Assembly: GCA_028693335.1 (NCBI GenBank)
Contig: JAQUVR010000022.1
Location: 1 to 8,639, forward strand
Source: Candidatus Iainarchaeum sp.
GTDB taxonomy: Archaea; Iainarchaeota; Iainarchaeia; Iainarchaeales; CSSED10-239
Direction: 5' to 3'
DNA length: 8,639 nucleotides
The translations under genes and the position numbers were made by a program. Numbering within the stretch: the first letter of the stretch is position 1; every line of letters begins with the position of its first letter. A model generated the notes under the pieces. The model did no database searches and was not told the origin of the DNA. It worked only from the letters and a program-made list of their open reading frames with translations. Positions 6,007 to 8,639 of this stretch are shown piece after piece.

Positions 6007-6564
6007 ATGTTGCTAATTGTTGAATTATTTGTTTTTTTGTTAATTGTTTTAGTTTTATTTATTTTTTATATAATTTTTATTTATAACTCCTTAGTAAGAT
6101 TAAAAAATAATATTACAAAAGCATGGAGCAATATAGAAGTTTTATTAAAACAAAGATATGATGAGCTTCCAAAGTTAATTGATACTGTTAAGGGTTACAC
6201 AATACATGAAAAATCAGTATTAACTGATCTGATAAAAATAAGATCTGACTACAAAGGTGCAAAAGATATTCATGATATTGCAGAAATTAATGATAAAACA
6301 GATGATTTGATTAAAAAATCTTTTCTTGTTTTTGAAAAATATCCAGATCTAAAAGCAGATGGTAATTTTTTAAAACTTCAAAAAAGAATTTCTGAAATTG
6401 AAAATATGATTTCTGATAGGCGTGAATATTATAATGATGTTGTAACCATCTACAATACTAGAATTGAGCAAATACCATATAATCTTATAGCAAATTCATT
6501 AAAATATAAGCCAAAAGATCTATTTGTTGCAAATGATTCTGAGAAAAAGAATATTAGGATCTAA
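6007..6564 (+). CDS. lemA: LemA family membrane protein (185 aa)
   Basis: N-terminal TM helix followed by the hallmark LemA motif 'YNSLVRLKNNITKAWSNIEVLLKQRYDELPKLIDTVKGYTIHEK..L', with 'RREYYNDVVTIYNTRIEQIPYNLIA' near the C-terminus. The start codon lies 2 nt after the upstream stop, so the two genes form an operon. Confidence 0.93.
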   Translation: MLLIVELFVFLLIVLVLFIFYIIFIYNSLVRLKNNITKAWSNIEVLLKQRYDELPKLIDTVKGYTIHEKSVLTDLIKIRSDYKGAKDIHDIAEINDKTDDLIKKSFLVFEKYPDLKADGNFLKLQKRISEIENMISDRREYYNDVVTIYNTRIEQIPYNLIANSLKYKPKDLFVANDSEKKNIRI

Positions 6565-6579
6565 TATATATATTTATAA
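6564..6579 (+). promoter_or_regulatory. AT-alternating TATA-like element (atatatatatttataa) upstream of the pilin-like gene
   Basis: It begins at the last base of the LemA stop codon and is centred about 34 nt upstream of the ATG at 6606. A T6 tract (6581-6586) lies in between and could also terminate the LemA transcript. Confidence 0.3.
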
Positions 6580-6605
6580 CTTTTTTGTCTTTTTATTTTC
6601 TTATT

Positions 6606-8033
6606 ATGCTTTTTAAAAGATCTATCTCCCCATTGATCGCAACAATTTTATTAATAGTTGTCTCAGTAATATTGATCACTGTTGTTTTAACCTGGGCAAA
6701 AGGCTTTACACAAAGCACAACTAACAAAGCCACAGATCTTTTAGATCAATCCAAAGAAATTCCAAGAACTGGTGTTTTTTGGCAAACTTCTCTTTTAGGA
6801 GATCAATTGATTTTAAGAAATCAAATTAATGATGATATTGAGATTAAGGGTTATAAGATCTTATCAACTGATTATAATTCAGATTATTTTTGGCTAAATA
6901 GTTATAGGCCTTTAGAAACTAATATAACTTTTAGTCCATCAACCTTAACTCCAATCACTTTAGTTTGTGTACCAACTAATAAATTTTATTTAGAATTAAT
7001 AGATATCAATGATCAATCATATACTTTAGAGATCAACCCAATAAACAACAGATCATTTACTAGTTGTAATACTTTTAATGTACCTTTGTGGGAGTTTGAA
7101 GAATTGGATGGTTCTTATACAATAAATACATTTACAAAATCTTCTGGTAATTTAATTAATAATGGAACTTTTGATTTGGATACCGGTTGGAATAAGAGTG
7201 GTGATGTTCTTCCGACAATATCTGGAGGCACAGCCAATTTTAACAATTTAAATAACAATGGTTATTTTTATCAAACAAATGTGGTTCAAAATAATAAAAA
7301 ATACAGAATTTCTTTTGATGTTATTAATTATTCTTCGGGTCAATTATATCTTCGTGTTGCTGGACCCAATAGTCAACAACATGCATTAATTATTGACGAT
7401 GATGGGCATTATGATGTTGATGTTTATGTTGGAGTAGATGTTGTTTATGCAGACACATCAATTAGGTTTTATGCTTTGAGTGCTGGTAATGGTTTTGTGG
7501 GTTCAATAGATAATATCTCTGTTATTGAAATAGATCCATTAGAAACAATAACAGATGGAACCAAATATCTAGAATCAATTATTACAGGAAACCTTTTAAT
7601 TCCAAGTCCGACAGTTTATGGGACCTGGGAATTTGATGTTTTTACAAATGTTGGATCTTATTCTTCTTTTTTTCTAAGTAATTCTGATTTAACAACAGAA
7701 GGTTATTCAATTGATTTTGGATATAGAATAAGATTATATCGTTTTTCTGGTCCGGTTGTGTTATTTTATACAGATCCAAGTTTTCCAATGAAAAACAATA
7801 CTTGGTATAAATTTAAAATAATTAGAAAAACAAATGGAGAATTTACTGTATTAATAAAAGGTGCAAATTTATCATCAACTCCAAATTATGGTGGTTGGTA
7901 TTTAGTGCCCACAAATAATGGGATAAACCCAATTATAGATAACACACACCAATCATTTACTAACTTGATATTGATTTTAAGGGCAAATGATAGAATTGCA
8001 AACATAAAAATTAGTCCGGAGATTGATCAATGA
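6606..8033 (+). CDS. Archaeal type IV pilin-like protein (class III signal peptide / Pilin_N-type N-terminus) fused to a Cys-pair module, a CBM-like jelly-roll and a ConA/LamG-like domain
   Basis: The start is moved from the track's TTG (6585) to the in-frame ATG at 6606, giving 'MLFKRSISPLIATILLIVVSVILITVVLTW', the canonical archaeal pilin N-terminus (short basic leader, then 'SP.IATILLI' hydrophobic helix). 'NLINNGTFDLDTGWNKSG ... FVGSIDNISVIE' follows the start/end pattern of CBM4_9 / galactose-binding-like modules. 'GTWEFDVF ... GYSIDFG.RIRLYR ... NTWYKFKIIRKTNGEFTVLIKG ... RIANIKI' is ConA-like. Confidence 0.85.
   Translation: MLFKRSISPLIATILLIVVSVILITVVLTWAKGFTQSTTNKATDLLDQSKEIPRTGVFWQTSLLGDQLILRNQINDDIEIKGYKILSTDYNSDYFWLNSYRPLETNITFSPSTLTPITLVCVPTNKFYLELIDINDQSYTLEINPINNRSFTSCNTFNVPLWEFEELDGSYTINTFTKSSGNLINNGTFDLDTGWNKSGDVLPTISGGTANFNNLNNNGYFYQTNVVQNNKKYRISFDVINYSSGQLYLRVAGPNSQQHALIIDDDGHYDVDVYVGVDVVYADTSIRFYALSAGNGFVGSIDNISVIEIDPLETITDGTKYLESIITGNLLIPSPTVYGTWEFDVFTNVGSYSSFFLSNSDLTTEGYSIDFGYRIRLYRFSGPVVLFYTDPSFPMKNNTWYKFKIIRKTNGEFTVLIKGANLSSTPNYGGWYLVPTNNGINPIIDNTHQSFTNLILILRANDRIANIKISPEIDQ
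6615..6682 (+). repeat. Copy 1 of a 68-nt direct repeat (pilin signal-peptide/helix coding cassette)
   Basis: By hand alignment, 59 of 68 nt are identical to 8042-8109 ('aaaagatct.t.tccccattgatcgc.acaat.ttattaatagttgt....gtaatattgatca.tgt'). The rest of the two genes is much more diverged at the DNA level. Confidence 0.8.
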
Positions 8034-8639
8034 TGTTACACAAAAGATCTGTTTCCCCATTGATCGCCACAATATTATTAATAGTTGTAAGTGTAATATT
8101 GATCAGTGTAATATTAATTTGGGGAAAAGAATTTATTACAGATACAACAAATACAACAAATAATTTATCAGATTTAAAAAATTTTGAATCTAATAAAGGT
8201 GTTTTTTGGTTTAATTCTATAAATGGAAATAAGATTTTTATAAAGAATACTACTAATAAAAATATAACTCTTAAAGGATATTCTATTATTTCAACAGAAC
8301 ACACTGGTTCTTGGACAAATAATTTTTATCCATTACAAGAAAACATTAATTTTTCAGAATATTCTCAATCTCAAATAGAAATAATTTGTGTTCCTGATAA
8401 TCGTTTTGTTTTGGATCTGATTGATATTAATAATAATCATTATCTTTTAGATATACCAATTACTGGAAACAGAGAATTCATTCCTTGTGATTACTATTCT
8501 GTTCCTTTTTGGTTATTTTCTGGAGATCTCGATAATTATTCAATAAATCAAATAGAAATTAATTCAGGAAATCGTGTTTTAAATGGAGGCTATCTTAATT
8601 CAACAGATTGGATTGATAGTGATGAAGATGGAACTCCAG
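8030..8639 (+). CDS. Second pilin-like paralogue, 3'-truncated by the window edge
   Basis: Not in the ORF track because no stop codon is reached. ATGATG at 8030 overlaps the upstream TGA (8031-8033) as caATGAtg. The frame is open for 203 codons: 'MMLHKRSVSPLIATILLIVVSVILISVILIW...GVFW...LKGYSIIS...IEIICVPDNRFVLDLIDINNNHYLLDI...FIPCDYYSVPFWLF...'. It is collinear with the N-terminal ~170 aa of the upstream gene. Confidence 0.85.
   Translation, partial: MMLHKRSVSPLIATILLIVVSVILISVILIWGKEFITDTTNTTNNLSDLKNFESNKGVFWFNSINGNKIFIKNTTNKNITLKGYSIISTEHTGSWTNNFYPLQENINFSEYSQSQIEIICVPDNRFVLDLIDINNNHYLLDIPITGNREFIPCDYYSVPFWLFSGDLDNYSINQIEINSGNRVLNGGYLNSTDWIDSDEDGTP
8042..8109 (+). repeat. Copy 2 of the 68-nt direct repeat
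   Basis: See copy 1. Same orientation, 1,427 nt downstream. Confidence 0.8.

Noticed and set aside
6585-6605. TTG start with a 'MSFYFLI' extension on the first pilin-like gene
   Set aside because: The in-frame ATG at 6606 gives the canonical short basic leader 'MLFKRS|ISPLIA', matching 'MMLHKRS|VSPLIA' in the paralogue. The extension would lie within or next to the putative TATA and T-tract region.
8011-8304. 97-aa minus-strand ORF
   Set aside because: It is antisense to the second pilin-like gene, whose plus-strand frame shows clear paralogy to the upstream gene. The track lists it only because the true plus-strand ORF runs off the window without a stop.
1-8639. Mobile elements, CRISPR arrays, tRNA/rRNA genes, known defence-system genes
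   Set aside because: I found no GC-rich ~75-nt islands with tRNA-like structure, no regularly spaced repeats, no transposase, integrase or nuclease motifs, and no terminal inverted repeats in either strand's ORFs.

Overview
Very AT-rich, gene-dense window that looks archaeal, probably from a small-genome, DPANN-like organism. This is inferred from four things: two archaeal type IV pilin N-termini ('KRS[IV]SPLIATILLIVVSVIL'), a TFB-like zinc-ribbon mini-ORF, GGTGAT Shine-Dalgarno motifs that match the archaeal 16S 3' end, and TATA-like boxes about 26-29 nt upstream of several start codons (leaderless layout). I found no rRNA, tRNA, CRISPR array, transposase or integrase. Gene content, left to right: the 3' end of a LamG/ConA-like lectin-domain protein; two mini-ORFs absent from the ORF track (a 15-aa Lys/Ala peptide and a 48-aa CxxC...CxxC zinc ribbon); a 263-aa orphan protein; a Nudix hydrolase (minus strand); an 801-aa Asn-rich surface protein with a lipobox-type signal peptide, propeller-like repeats, a Gly/Ser linker and a C-terminal membrane anchor; a 95-aa coiled-coil plus histone-H1-like Lys-rich repeat protein (minus strand), overlapping the previous gene tail-to-tail; a GIDE-domain membrane protein and LemA in a 2-nt-spaced operon; and two tandem pilin-like genes coupled by an ATGA overlap, with lectin-type jelly-roll domains behind the pilin N-terminus. 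The second of these runs off the window and is also absent from the ORF track. The best candidate for something new is this pilin-lectin array, set within a wider cell-surface island. A separate sequence-level oddity is about 3-fold over-representation of GATC and about 8-fold of AGATCT, produced by context-dependent codon choice. All homology calls rest on motif recognition by eye, and no searches were run.
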